Shown piece by piece: positions 1 to 11,497 of a stretch of DNA of 64,000 nt. A program made the translations under genes and the position numbers. This stretch comes from Phoronis australis (Eukaryota; Animalia; Phoronida): the NCBI GenBank assembly GCA_002633005.1, contig NMRA01000102.1, forward strand, positions 197,515-261,514, given 5' to 3'. A model generated the notes under the pieces. The model searched no databases. It was not told where the DNA came from and was given only the letters and a program-made list of their open reading frames with translations. Numbering within the stretch: position 1 is the first letter of the stretch; each line of letters begins with the position of its first letter.

Positions 1-891
1 CAGGAATGGAACCTCGGCCTACCAGGTGCGAGACGAACACTGGCTTACCGCGTGAGAGACGAGAAATCTACGACTGAACCACAAGCGCGATATTCAGTGA
101 TGCCCTTATTTATCACAGTTGCATTATTCTCAAACAATTTCGTTCTACTCGTGGCCTTCTGAAGTTTCTGTTGTTGTAACGATAATTTTATCGAATACTG
201 ATTTGCGATGTAAATCTATGGAGACTGATGACCCGGCGGGTTTTTAGAATGATCTTAGTTTTCAATCATTTGAAGACAGTTAACTAAAAGTGTTTCTTGA
301 TCAGATGATCTATTTGTCAAACTTCAAAAAAATACCAACAGATTAAAAAAATTGATACAGGTCTTTGTAATAAATGGCAATTTTGTTGAAATAAAAATAA
401 CACTCTTTGCAATCTAATATTCGACCAATGGTCAGTAATAAGTATAAAATGACCTACGCCGCAGACACAAAATATACCGCCGGCACTGTCTGGGACTCGA
501 ACACTAACACTGACCACCAGTGCCAAAGGATCGGCATTTGAGAAAGTTCATTTTCCATGTTTGTTTTTCAACTTTTTATAGCGTCAGTTGAGTGTGACAT
601 CAGGTGATTTTCGGAAACAGGCCCCGCGCAGACTCGAACCTCAAGTCTGAGCGATCGGCAGTTAAATTCTTTGCTGGTGATTCGATTACTAGTAGCCTGA
701 CTCTAAGCATACTACTACCAGCAGGACGAGATTTCAGCAAAGTAATAGCAAAAACTGGTGGGAATATTGCTGATTTGTTATAAAATCAAATAAAGCACAA
801 AGATTTTATCATTTTGTAGTCTGACCAATGCTAATACCTGCAATATGTTTGTACTCGTGATAACATTATCTGACGCAGCAAACACAAAATG

Positions 892-962
892 TGCACCAGC
901 CCGGAATCGAACCCGGACCTCCCTCGTGTCAGGCGAGAATTCTACTACTGAACCACCAGTGT
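892..962 (-). pseudogene. tRNA-Gly-derived pseudogene with anticodon mutated GCC->GAC
   Basis: Reverse complement ACACTGGTGGTTCAGTAGTAGAATTCTCGCCTGACACGAGGGAGGTCCGGGTTCGATTCCGGGCTGGTGCA: full length, but mismatches in the acceptor, anticodon and T stems and in the D-loop GG. Confidence 0.8.
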
Positions 963-2066
963 TTAGTTATAAAATCCAATCAACTCTTTTATCATAGTTG
1001 TATTATTCTCAAACAGACGAAAAGCTTCATTTCCAGTGCACGCAGCCTTCTGTGTTTTTCCTGAAGTTTCGGCTGCTGCAACAATAATTTTTTCGAATAT
1101 TGAAAAATGATGTAAATATATAGACTGGTGTCCCAGCGGTGCTTTTATAAACATCCTAGTTTCCGAATCGTTTGAAGATGTTAATTAAAAGTATTTTCCT
1201 GTACTTGTCCACTGAGTTCCAAGATTATACCAATGACTGAACCTTAAATTGACACAATGCTTTTTAATATAGTAGTTCAGGGTAAAAAATAAATAACACG
1301 CTTTGTGATCTAATATTTTTTTCGACAAATGGACACTGAGTAATTGGTAGAAAATGTCCGACACCGCGGTAAACACAAAATGTGTCGGCACTCAGTAATC
1401 AGGAATAGAACCCCCAAACAGTGAAGCGCCACCAGTGACCGATACGGTGGTGGAATGATTCTAAACAGTGAAGCGCCACCAGTGACCGATACGGTGGTGG
1501 AATGATTCTAAATAGATGAGTGAGGGTGTGTTATTAAGTGGAAACAATTTTAAACTGTGAACCATTAAATTTTGTTGATGGCCTTTAATATAATATTTAT
1601 GTGCATAACTTAAAACGCCTAAAAATTTGTTCAGAGCCGAAAGTGTCGGAATTTGAGCCCGTTCGTTATTGATCTGTGTATTTCAATCTTTTGCTGGCGT
1701 CAGTTGAGCATGACATAAACGGCGAGTAAAGTGTTTGTTTTGACTGAAATACGCCCAGCGCGGACTCCAACCTGAAGCCCTAGCGATCGCAGTCAAACCC
1801 TTTGCTGGTGGAGCTTAATCCCATTCGATTCTAAGCGTACCACCGGTCGGCCTTGATTTCAGCAAATTATATTATGACAAACAATGGTGTGAATATTGGT
1901 CATTAGTGATAAAAAATCACAAAAACACAAAAGAATTTATTAGTTTGTAGTCTGACCTAGGACCAATATTACTCCAAGGTCTGACCAAACCTTTAACATC
2001 AATTTTTATTGTCTCCACCAAAATCCCCAAGAGAACGACAATGTCCGACGCAGCAAACACTAAATG

Positions 2067-2130
2067 TCCACTAGCCGGGAATCGAACCCGGGCCTCCCGC
2101 GAGGCAGGCGATCCACTGAACCACCAGTGC
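2067..2130 (-). pseudogene. tRNA-Gly(GCC) pseudogene with a deletion in the D arm
   Basis: tccactagccgggaatcgaacccgggcctcccgcgaggcaggcgatccactgaaccaccagtgc, 7 nt shorter than the intact copy. Confidence 0.85.
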
Positions 2131-2557
2131 TCTCTATGTTAAAAGCGTGAATTAAATCAACTCTTTTATCACAGTTTCGCTATTCCAAAGCAGAACAGAT
2201 GAAAAACTTCATTTCCAGTCGGGTCGCGGTCTTCTATGTTTTTCCTGAAGGTTCGGTTGCTGAAACGATAACTTTGTCGAATATTAAATAATGACGTAAA
2301 CGCCGGTATAGACTGGTGACCCAGTGGTGTTTTTAGAAAATCTTACTTTCCGAATTTTTCGAAGATGTTAATTAAAAGTATTTTCCAGTAAATGTCCAGT
2401 TTCAAGAAAATACCAATGACCAAACCCTAAATTAATACATTGCTTTTTAACAAATAGTTAATTTGTTGTCTGACCAAAGCTTATAACTTCACTGTTTTTG
2501 TCCTCCACCAAATCTCCCCGTGATAACGACAATGTCTGACGCAAAAAAAGCAAAATG

Positions 2558-2598
2558 TGCACTAGCAGGCTAGAATTCTACCACTGAACCACCAGTGC
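2558..2598 (-). pseudogene. tRNA-Gly pseudogene lacking the T arm (~30-nt internal deletion)
   Basis: tgcactagcaggctagaattctaccactgaaccaccagtgc with the same flanks as the other copies. Confidence 0.8.
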
Positions 2599-3078
2599 TC
2601 TTTACGTTACTGACGTGAATTCAATCAACTCTTTTATCACGTGCACTATTCCTAAGCAGAACAGTTGAAAAACTAATTCATTCCCAGTGGTCGCGTTTTT
2701 CTATGTTTTTTTCTGAAGTTTCTGTCGCTGCAACAAAAATGTTGCCGAATATTGAATAATGATGTAAACGTATACATTGGTGATCCGGCGATGTTTTCAG
2801 AAACATCTTATCTTCCGATCGAATCTTTCGAAGATGTTACTGAACTCAAGTGTTTTCCTGCATGTACTTTCCCAGTTTCAAGAAAATAACTGACTGAGAA
2901 CTTAGAATTGATCCATTGCCTTCTAACAAATAGCAGTTTAGCTGGAAGGAAAAATAACACGCTTTATGATCTAATACTCGACCAATGGGCACTGAGTAAT
3001 ATTGGTAGAAATGTCGGACGCCGCGCGGACAAAACACCAGTAATTAGTTGCAGGTACTTGGCTAGTCAGGAATCGAAC

Positions 3079-3254
3079 CTGCCCCACTATAACACGTACC
3101 ACCACCAGTGACCGATAATACAGTGGCATGAATCTACTGCCCCACTATAACACGTACCACCACCAGTGACCGATAATACAGTGGCATGAATCTACTGCCC
3201 CACTATAACACGTACCACACCAGTGACCGATAATACAGTGGCATGAATCTACTG
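3079..3254. repeat. ~57-bp tandem repeat, 3 copies
   Basis: ctgccccactataacacgtaccaccaccagtgaccgataatacagtggcatgaatcta x3. A related 47-bp duplication lies at ~1416-1512. Confidence 0.85.
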
Positions 3255-4127
3255 ATGAGTGGGGGTGTGTTAATTATTAAGAAACAAAAACTACGAACTA
3301 TTTAAACTCTGTTGGTGGCAAAGCTCCATAATATAATTTTGGTGGGCGATAACTTAATCCGCTTATAACTTATTTGTACTAAGACTAGGGTCGGAATTTG
3401 AGCCAGTTCATTATGGATTTGTGTTTTTGAATCTTTTGTTGGTGTCACTTGACCATGACATAGTCGACGGGTAATGTGTTTTTTTTAACAGTCCCATCGC
3501 GCACTCGAACCTGAAGCTCTAGTGCTCGCAGTCAAATCAATGTGTGTGATATCCTTGCTGCGCCCCACTTTTGTCTCACCCGTGAACAGAACACACAAAG
3601 TGAAAGACGTTCTGTATCTTATTATTGAATAACAAATAATCCTTATCTTTCTGGATATTAGGAAACGTAATAAATGACAGTTCTGGTGTTTTTGTGGATG
3701 AATTTGCAATTTATGGCGCTGCAACAGGCGCCCGTCTCTATCGGTTCTCACGGCGCATCCTGCTTAACCGTTGTTATTCACGACTTGGTGGCGCTAGTAG
3801 AAGCGATAACAGCGAAGTCACAAGTGAACACTCCTTGGTCAATCCCTTTGCTGGTGGAGCTTAATCCTATTCGATTACTAGTAGACTGTATTCTAAGCGT
3901 ACCACCGGTCGACCTTGATTTCTGCAAATTATATTATGGCAAACAATGGTGAGAATATTGGTGATTAGTTATAAAAATCACAAAAACACAAAAGAATTTA
4001 TTTGTTTGTAGTCTGACCTAGGACCAATATTACTCCAAGGTCTGACCTAACCTTTAACATCAATTTTTATTGTCTCCACCAAAATCCCCAAGAGAACGAC
4101 AATGTCCGACGCAGCACACACAAAATG

Positions 4128-4198
4128 TGCACTAGCCGGGAATCGAACCCGGGCCTCCCGCGTGGCAGGCGAGAATTCTACCACTGAACCACCAGTGC
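4128..4198 (-). tRNA. tRNA-Gly (GCC), intact
   Basis: Reverse complement GCACTGGTGGTTCAGTGGTAGAATTCTCGCCTGCCACGCGGGAGGCCCGGGTTCGATTCCCGGCTAGTGCA: 71 nt, all stems pair, A and B boxes intact, TTTT Pol III terminator just downstream. Nearly identical to the canonical metazoan tRNA-Gly-GCC. Confidence 0.95.
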
Positions 4199-7100
4199 GA
4201 CCTGATGTATGCTCATTCAAATTCAATCTTTCTTTATTTCGTGCTCAATAACATCTGTTTTTCATGTTTCTCTGTGACCTGGGGCGGTTGTTGCTTCGAG
4301 GTCTAGCTGAGGTCAGACAATGAGACCGAACACGTCGCGTGTAGTAACAGGTGTTGAAATGTCTTTACTGGACACTGTATAGAGAGATAACTGAACAGTA
4401 TCGTTGCTAAAACAATATTGCGCGGTTATATACTTTTCATTAATCCGCCATACCATGTACACTCGAAATGCAAAATGAGTGGCCCACGCGTTTCCAAATT
4501 TTTGTCAGGCAGTCGAGTGGCTGGTTCAGTCATACAATGTTTATCAAACACACTCAGAAATATACACTTAAAGTGTATACACTTAATAATATATAGGGTC
4601 TACACTTAAAAGTGTATATTTCTGAATGTTTGTACTATACAGGTCCGTAGGAAGCGGGGGGGGGGGTCCGGGTGAAGGGGGCAGTGCTGTAGTGGTACAA
4701 GTAGAGGTAAGTAGGCGCCCAAAGCCCTGAATTTAAAAGTACATTGAACTCGCAAAATCTGACTCGCAAACATGTAGGCCTACTTTTTGACTCACGATTG
4801 GGTATTTGGAGTTTGCAGTGGGGGATCTTGGATGTCGGAGAAAGAGGGTCCAGCCACACATATTCGAGGGCAAAGGTCCGTGTGCATTACAAGCGGTCTC
4901 TGAAGGGGGCCCAAGCACAATTATACTGAAAGGAAAATAGGAGCATGACGACCAGAAACGATATCCTGGCGGCGATTTTTAGTCGCCCGTGGGGTATGTC
5001 CTCGGGGCCCATCGCCACCCCTCTCCCTATCTAGCATAATTGTTTCTTTATCTTGTATTGTTATAAATATTCCAATGATTACTCGGTGAGCATACATGTA
5101 AATCCTGGTGGTCGCGCCCGCTGAAATATTCGGCAACAATGCCGCGCTGTCGTCAGCGTAGCGCATTGATGCCGTAAGCTATCGTATCGAGACCATGCCC
5201 CACTATCGTCACTCACGGCGCGTAGACGCTATGTTAAAATGAAAAAAGTGGTTACTGCGATAAAATGTAAAAGGTGGTTGGCTGCGCCTACGTGCGCGTA
5301 CGCCCCACTATACCGTAACTTACGGTGGGTAGGCGGAAGGTTAAAAAGCAAAAAGGTGGTTGGCTGCGCCTACGTGCGCCTACACCCCACTACAGCAATG
5401 GAAGGGGGGCACGTGCCCCTCAAAAAAATTTCAGGCGTCAGGGTTACACCGTGCCCGCCAACCGACACAGGCATGGGGCCGGGTACAATCGAGAAAAGAA
5501 AAACTGCAAAATACGGATAAGATAGAAAATTCAAGAAAACATTTAACAAGTCTGTATCAGTGCATGGTGTACATTTTCTGGCCAGGACATTGTCGTTAAG
5601 ATCTCCGCTTTTGCAGCACAGGTCGTCTAAACACACTTGAAAACGTGCACGTAATATACATATTTGTAAAATGAAGCTTTTGCGGATTTACTGGATTTTT
5701 AAAGTCAATAAGTCAATTTTGCGAATGCAAAACTAAGTTCACTCAGAGGCCCCTGTCTGGCAAGAGATAACGGAGACAACTGTCGCTTATTTTTTTTCTC
5801 GAAATTGCGGTATATCACTTGAGAAAAATTGATCACCTGACAGATAACATCAATTGCTGCGCATTTCCTGATTTTTGAAAATAGGGGCCCGCCCCTGAAG
5901 GAGGCCATTGATGACATTCAAGTGGTCACCCTTTTTGTGTTTTTGTTGACAGATTCTTAAGGGGTCGCTCACGGAGAGAGGGCCCAATGTTGGAATCGAT
6001 TACCTCTATTTTCCTGTTTTTTGTGAAATCGTGCAACTGGCTTTCATGTTAAAGAAGGTCACTTCCAGCACTGTCGTCTGACCACACGACGGTGGAATGA
6101 ACCGTACTCTTTTCCAGGCTTAATGGTGATTAGCCTTTCATCTTAAAGTGTCCCGTTTCAGACAGGATCCTCGTTCCGTGGAGCAGTTCAGGGAAAATGT
6201 CCCTTTGTCCCTCTATATAAGTAAATCCGACATTGCCAAGTATTCACGAGGGAAGTTGAGATTCCAAATTCATCAAAAAAAAAACAACAAAACATTCGTG
6301 CACAGCACAGCAGTGTTCAAGACATTCCACCCAAACAACCAAAAAATGTGAAAAAATACAATAGGATTGACCGCCATCGAAAGGGTGGGATTTCGAAAAA
6401 CGTGAAGACCACTGTTATGTGAATTACACTAAAGGACTATTTACGATGGCTAGTAATAAAATAATGTTCACCATTTCCCATAGTATCACAAGAGTAGTAT
6501 CTCATTTGAAGGTGGTTACTATGAGTTGTTTGTAAAGAATACCCACATGTGGAAACACTGCACACAGCTGTCGATGCTACTATTTGTGAAGGCCCTGTAC
6601 ATGTCAAACGGGGGTAGTCAAAGAACTCTCGCAATCATAAACAAAGATTTCAGCGCTTTTTGTCAGCGGAGTTCAAGTTAACCTCGTGAACCGTTATAGG
6701 TACGTCTGAAATGAGCAAAAATACACCTTAATACGAATATACCATCTCCCATATTCCCCCGTTTACCTGTCAAAAATCTGCGAGCATGCCCGGCCTGCGG
6801 AAATTGCTTATGACCTTCTGTTTTGTTTAACAAATTCGTTGGTTTCTGATGTAGTTGTTTATATATCTACGAAAATCGATAGATTCAGAGATGATTTTTG
6901 ACAATCAAAGGCAAATCTTGTTAGAATTGATTATGTTTCAGTGAATTTAGTTGCAGCCTGAAATTGGAAAAATTATAATCTGATCCCCAAATGGTAAAGT
7001 ACACCTAGGAACCAGTACACTTAGAGACGATTTTTGCCTAGTAAAATAACTCTCACACATTGACGAAATTCGGACAATTCCCAAAAATATACTCACAATT

Positions 7101-7304
7101 CAAATGGCAATAACTGCACTAGTTTTCGACTTAGGTACAAGATTTGTCGCTTAAACTCATAAACAGGAGATCAATAAGGAATTGAGTCATTAAATCAAGG
7201 TAAGCACATTGCTTATGGAATCGATTGCTGATTTCTGATTTACATGTATATCTCCATGATAGCAAGTAACAGCATATGTTCACGAAAACAACAACGGATT
7301 TAAA

Positions 7305-7350
7305 ACTTGACATGTTTCGGTGTCATTTATTAAACACCATCCTCAGAAGT
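7305..7350 (-). ncRNA. Minimal type I hammerhead ribozyme of a Penelope-like element
   Basis: Minus strand ACTT-CTGAGGA-T-GGTGT-ttaataaatg-ACACC-GAA-ACATGT-C-AAGT: stem I ACTT/AAGT, CUGANGA core, 5-bp stem II, GAAA, palindromic stem III, GUC cleavage triplet. About 80 nt downstream of the PLE ORF stop. Confidence 0.85.
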
Positions 7351-7431
7351 CATAATACAGTGGCCACCTAGCTAGGCCCAGCAACAAGTAATGAAGCACA
7401 GATACAGTCAGTTACAGGGAGTGACAATGAA

Positions 7432-8217
7432 CTATACCAACAATGACAACCTGTGGTGTGTCAGTTGCCTATTGAGATTGGGCTTGCACCAACTGATATG
7501 TAAAGCCTCACGAATTTTAAGCTCCTTTGTTGTTACTGCCTGGTCTATTATTGCAAAGTCATTGAAAGAGCACTGCTGATAACAATGATTGGAGCTCTGC
7601 AGGTGAATATTTACATGTGAATTACTGTCAGAATTTAGATGTTCCTTGGTCCTGGTTTTCAAATGGCGAACAGTTTCGCCTATATAACTGGAGCCACATC
7701 CAGCACAGATAAATTTGTATACAACCTTGGACCGTAGACCCATAGAAATTTTGTCCTTAGGGTTAAATAAACTCGACAGTTTTAGAGACTTGAATGTTAA
7801 TACAACTCTTAAGTTCACACAGTAATCATTCACCAATTTGTTGAGTTTTCGTTGAGCAATTTTGGCGTAAAACCCAACATAGGGTATTTTAAAGTACTTG
7901 TAGTTAGTTTTGTCTACAGGATGAACATCATCAGGGTTACGTTGGAGTCTTGCTTTCAGTACCCTATTGACTAATTCTAGGGGATAGCCATTCTTTTGCA
8001 AATTCGTTGTAAGTTCTTTGATATTAGAATCAAATCTAGCCCAAGTGTTGTTAATGCGATATACCCTGTCTATTAGCGTCTTTATGAGACCTACTTTATA
8101 AACAAAGGATGTGAAGCTATGAAAACAAGTGTACAGTCCTGTGTAAGTCTTCTTATGAAATACTGATGTTATCACTGAGGTACCCTCACGCTCTACTAAC
8201 ACGTCCAGAAATGGCAA
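7432..8217 (-). mobile_element. 5'-truncated Penelope-like retroelement ORF (RT thumb/C-terminus + GIY-YIG endonuclease)
   Basis: LPFLDV..TSVFHKKTYTGLY..NGYP (PLE RT end), then VVYKFICAGCGSSYIGETVRHLKTRTKEH..REALHI..PNLN (GIY-YIG with PLE Cys/His motif). Confidence 0.92.
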
Positions 8218-9739
8218 AATGTATATATATCTACGAAAATCGATTGATTATAGATGATTTTTTGACTCATGATTAGAAGCGAATCTTTTAAGAAATGACG
8301 ATGCTTCAGTGAACTTAGTTGCAGGCTGACATTGGGAAATTCGATCTATCATCAGATCCCCAAATAACAAAGTAGACTAAACGATTTTTGTTTATCTGAA
8401 ATAAGTCTCAAGGATATTGATGAATGTCGGTCGTGTTTCGACGAGGTATTTTGAAACAGCCTCAGAGGCACTATACCAGGGACCTTAGGATATCACCTTT
8501 TCAAAAAACACCTGCACAGAATGACCATAATGAAATGAAGTTTTCTCGAAACTGGATCACAATAAAGCGAATCTTGACCTTAGAGCCAGCGCAGACGGAT
8601 ATGTACGAGCTAAGCTGCCTGCCTCAAGCTGACTAGCAACTAGCTTTAGTTCATCGGGAATTTCGTTTTTTCACGCTGTTAGATCTCAAATACAGTTACT
8701 TGAGGCATCTCCTCGCTACCCGTCGGTGCACTGGTCCTAGGCCCAATCTTACTCTCCGTGACACTTTGTTGTTTCTCGGTTACTCAAATGTCTGCATCCC
8801 CGGGATTGCCCCCCCCGCCTAGGGCGGACTTGGGAGATTCGGTACTGAGAAATATGGTGATAACGAGAGCACGGGGGCGGCGCCGGGGGCGGGGGTAGTT
8901 TGGCGAAGTCGAAAAGGTTTGTGCCCCCCCCAATGATTTTTGCCTTCCTACAGGCCTGCTATATGCTTTTTACTTTACTGTTGCCCATGACCGTGACTTA
9001 GGAAGTCAACATATACGACATTTCTCTGGTGCGATTCAATAATGCCATCTGGAGCAACTTGCTAGTGTTGAAAACATTAATGCAATTTTGATCGGTTTGA
9101 AAGAAAATTGCCTAAAACGAGATTGGTGTTGCGGCAGAAATCAAACCAGAGGTGTGTTTATGCGGTATGTCTACCCATGAGTTTTCAGTGTAAACCAGTA
9201 GGTGTGTTTACGCGGTATGTCTACCCATGAATGTTCAGTGTTACGTTGCAATCGTGCGGGAAGAATAAGTTAAATTCACAGAATCCCCAGTTACCACATG
9301 AGCGCACTTTATCATGATTTGTGTACAGGAAGAGGCAGAGTACGCAGCCATAACATTTAGCTTATACTTGTAAATATAATTCGATAAAATTGCTTTATTG
9401 TATCAATTATTTCAATTAAACAATATGGAACAGTATATAAACTGTCTTGGTTACACTTGTCGGGTAAGTTTTATAGCCCGCCATGCGAGCCCGTGGAAAA
9501 CTAAAATCTTCGGGCGACCCTATTGTTTTTCCCAATTCTGAAGTGGTTCGATCATTTCGTAAAATATGTTTTATTTTCAAGTTTCTTTTGTCTGACGTGC
9601 TAAATTTTGTAGAAAAAATATTATGTCTGAACAAATATCATTGTATCAAATAACACAAACTTTCTTATTTTACGGTCGGTCGCACGAAGGGAAAAATAAT
9701 TTACACTGCTTGCTGTGGCTTTCAAGCAACGGTGTCTGT

Positions 9740-9960
9740 AGTAAAGTTAGTCAAGATTGTACTCACTGCTAAACTGAAAATCATTTGATAAATGTGAGAT
9801 ATTTCGACCGGCAACCCACCGTTTTGATCACTCTCTAGGTGGCGTTGTCGTCGTCTGGACAAGTCTATACAAGAGAGCGATCAAGGCGGTGAGTTGCCAC
9901 TGTCGAAATATCTCACACATGATTTTCATTTTAGTCGTGAGTACAGTCTTAACTTACTTA
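9740..9960. repeat. Foldback (inverted repeat) element with hammerhead-like motifs in both arms
   Basis: tgtactcac..gaaaatcat..tgtgagatatttcgac..ttgatcactctct is mirrored by agagagcgatcaa..gtcgaaatatctcaca..atgattttc..gtgagtaca. Confidence 0.7.
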
Positions 9961-9998
9961 ATATGAGTATACCACGGCGGGTTAGCTTTCATCAGTAT

Positions 9999-10247
9999 CA
10001 TGCGCGCACCCAGGGGGAGGGAGCTCGGCTCGAGCGAGCCCCTTGGCGAAGTGGGCAAAGGGTCCGCTTTACTGAGAAAAAAAAGTCCGAATATGTAGAA
10101 AACGAGACAAAAGTCCACTAAAAGGGTAGGAACTACCAAAATTCGGCGAATGCACAATTCATAGCCCTGAGCGTACCTTGTTTTTTAGTAAAAGGTCCAC
10201 ATTTTCATAAATTCGAGCTCCCATTTTTTAGGCTGGGTGCGCGTCTG
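9999..10247. mobile_element. hAT-like MITE
   Basis: TIRs catgcgcgcacccag / ctgggtgcgcgtctg, flanks agtat/agtgt, and internal aaaggtccac motifs shared with the 12526, 33330 and 36302 elements. Confidence 0.65.
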
Positions 10248-10322
10248 AGTGTCATGTGTTTGATTAATCAAGATGGTTGTTGCTTGCACCTGCAAGATGA
10301 AAAAAATTGATTATTGTTACAG

Positions 10323-10464
10323 GCAAAGCGTTATTGGAAATTCACCAACCGTGTACCTGCCGACAATAATCCGCAGACGATAGCTGAGCACTGGAAAGAT
10401 ATACCCAACAATATGGACGCCATTTTCAAATGGGGAGGAAATGGAAAAATTTACGCAATGAAAG
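10323..10464 (+). CDS. Membrane-type (GPI-type) matrix metalloproteinase, hemopexin exon
   Basis: ttacag| AKRYWKFTNRVPADNNPQTIAEHWKDIPNNMDAIFKWGGNGKIYAMK(G) |gt. Hemopexin repeat signature; the phase-1 end matches the next exon. Confidence 0.85.
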
Positions 10465-10489
10465 GTGATCGGTTTGTCAAGAGCTTATA

Positions 10490-11497
10490 GGCCCATATAT
10501 ACTGACTAAACTCCGGTATGAGCGGAGCATCGACGTAAACTGCGAAGTTAATTGAATCGTTCATACCGGCTTCGGTAATTAACGGACATCGAAGTAAACG
10601 GTATGACGCTGTTGTAATCGTAACGTAACGAGTGCAGCTAAGTTCTTGTACAATGTGACAGCTTGGTAACATTTACGTGTACTAATTGACATAAAAATTA
10701 TTTCTTATTCGATTGGTGGTTATTCGAGCAAAATGTAAGCAACTATTAGTGACGATCGAGTGACGACATTGCCCTTTAATTGTTGACGATAACAGTACAT
10801 GGACGGAAGTTGACTGCTCATGCTGCACCGAAGCGTCGACGATCCGCTGTTAAATCCACCTGTTTACTGCGAAGTTAACTGGCGCTGTTAACTTCGATCC
10901 AGGACCGAAGTTAACCGTTCATACTGACGGCAACTACCCAAAACATCGACGCGTCGACTTTAATGTGAAAGGGCTAAAGGCCCTTTCATACTAACATAGA
11001 CGCGTCGATGTTTTGGGGAGTTGCGGTCAGTATTAACGGTTAACTTCGGTCCTGAATTGAAGTTAACAACGGCAGTTAATTTCGCAGTAAACCGGTGCAT
11101 TTAACAGCGGAAAGCGTTGACGCTACGGTGCACCCTATGAACGGCCAACTTCGGTCCCATCGAAGTTAGCGCCATGAGGAGCCAATCTCATCGTCACCAA
11201 TTAAAGGGCAGTGTCATCGCTAATAGTTGCGGATATTTTACTCGAATAACAACCAATCGAATTTGAAATAACTTATGTCAGTTAGACCTTGCAAATGTTC
11301 CCAAGTGGTCACATTGAAAAAATCTTAGCATGCACGCGATGCATCAGCGCTACCTTGCGATTACTTCGATGACAACAGCGTAACCTACTGTTTACTTCGA
11401 TGTTCGTTAACTTACCGAAGCCGGTATGAACGATTCTGTTAACTTCTCAGTTTACGTCGACGCTCTGCTGAGTACGGAGTTAAGTCAGTATGCAAGC
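10490..11497. mobile_element. Two inverted PIF/Harbinger-like MITE copies forming a ~1-kb palindrome
   Basis: 10490-10975 is a diverged reverse complement of 10979-11497. The centre reads gtgaaagggc-taa-aggccctttcatac (Harbinger-like termini around TAA). Confidence 0.65.

Larger units (their letters stand above)
1..4198 (-). repeat. Degenerate tandem array (irregular ~0.5-1.6 kb spacing) of tRNA-Gly-containing units
   Basis: The same spacer blocks recur between tRNA-Gly relics at ~1-88, 892, 2067, 2558 and 4128 (e.g. ctgaagtttc..gcaacaataattt..cgaatattga; tttgctggtg; tttgtagtctgacc; gacgcagcaaacacaaaatgtgcac). Blocks ~1800-2130 and ~3845-4198 are nearly identical. Confidence 0.85.
4640..8958. 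mobile_element. Non-autonomous TIR element (hAT5-like, 5-bp TSD) carrying nested repeats
   Basis: Left end caggtccgtaggaag and right end cttcctacaggcctg (13/15 inverted match). Flanked by ctata at 4635-4639 and 8959-8963, with G/C-run subterminal regions. Confidence 0.65.

Noticed and set aside
621-680. Additional tRNA gene (Lys/Cys-like) within the array unit
   Set aside because: Only a B-box/T-arm-like relic is recognisable; no cloverleaf or reliable anticodon.
6437-6660. hAT transposase C-terminal remnant inside the 4640 element
   Set aside because: Only a vague SLFMIARVL resemblance, with stops and no ER.FS motif.
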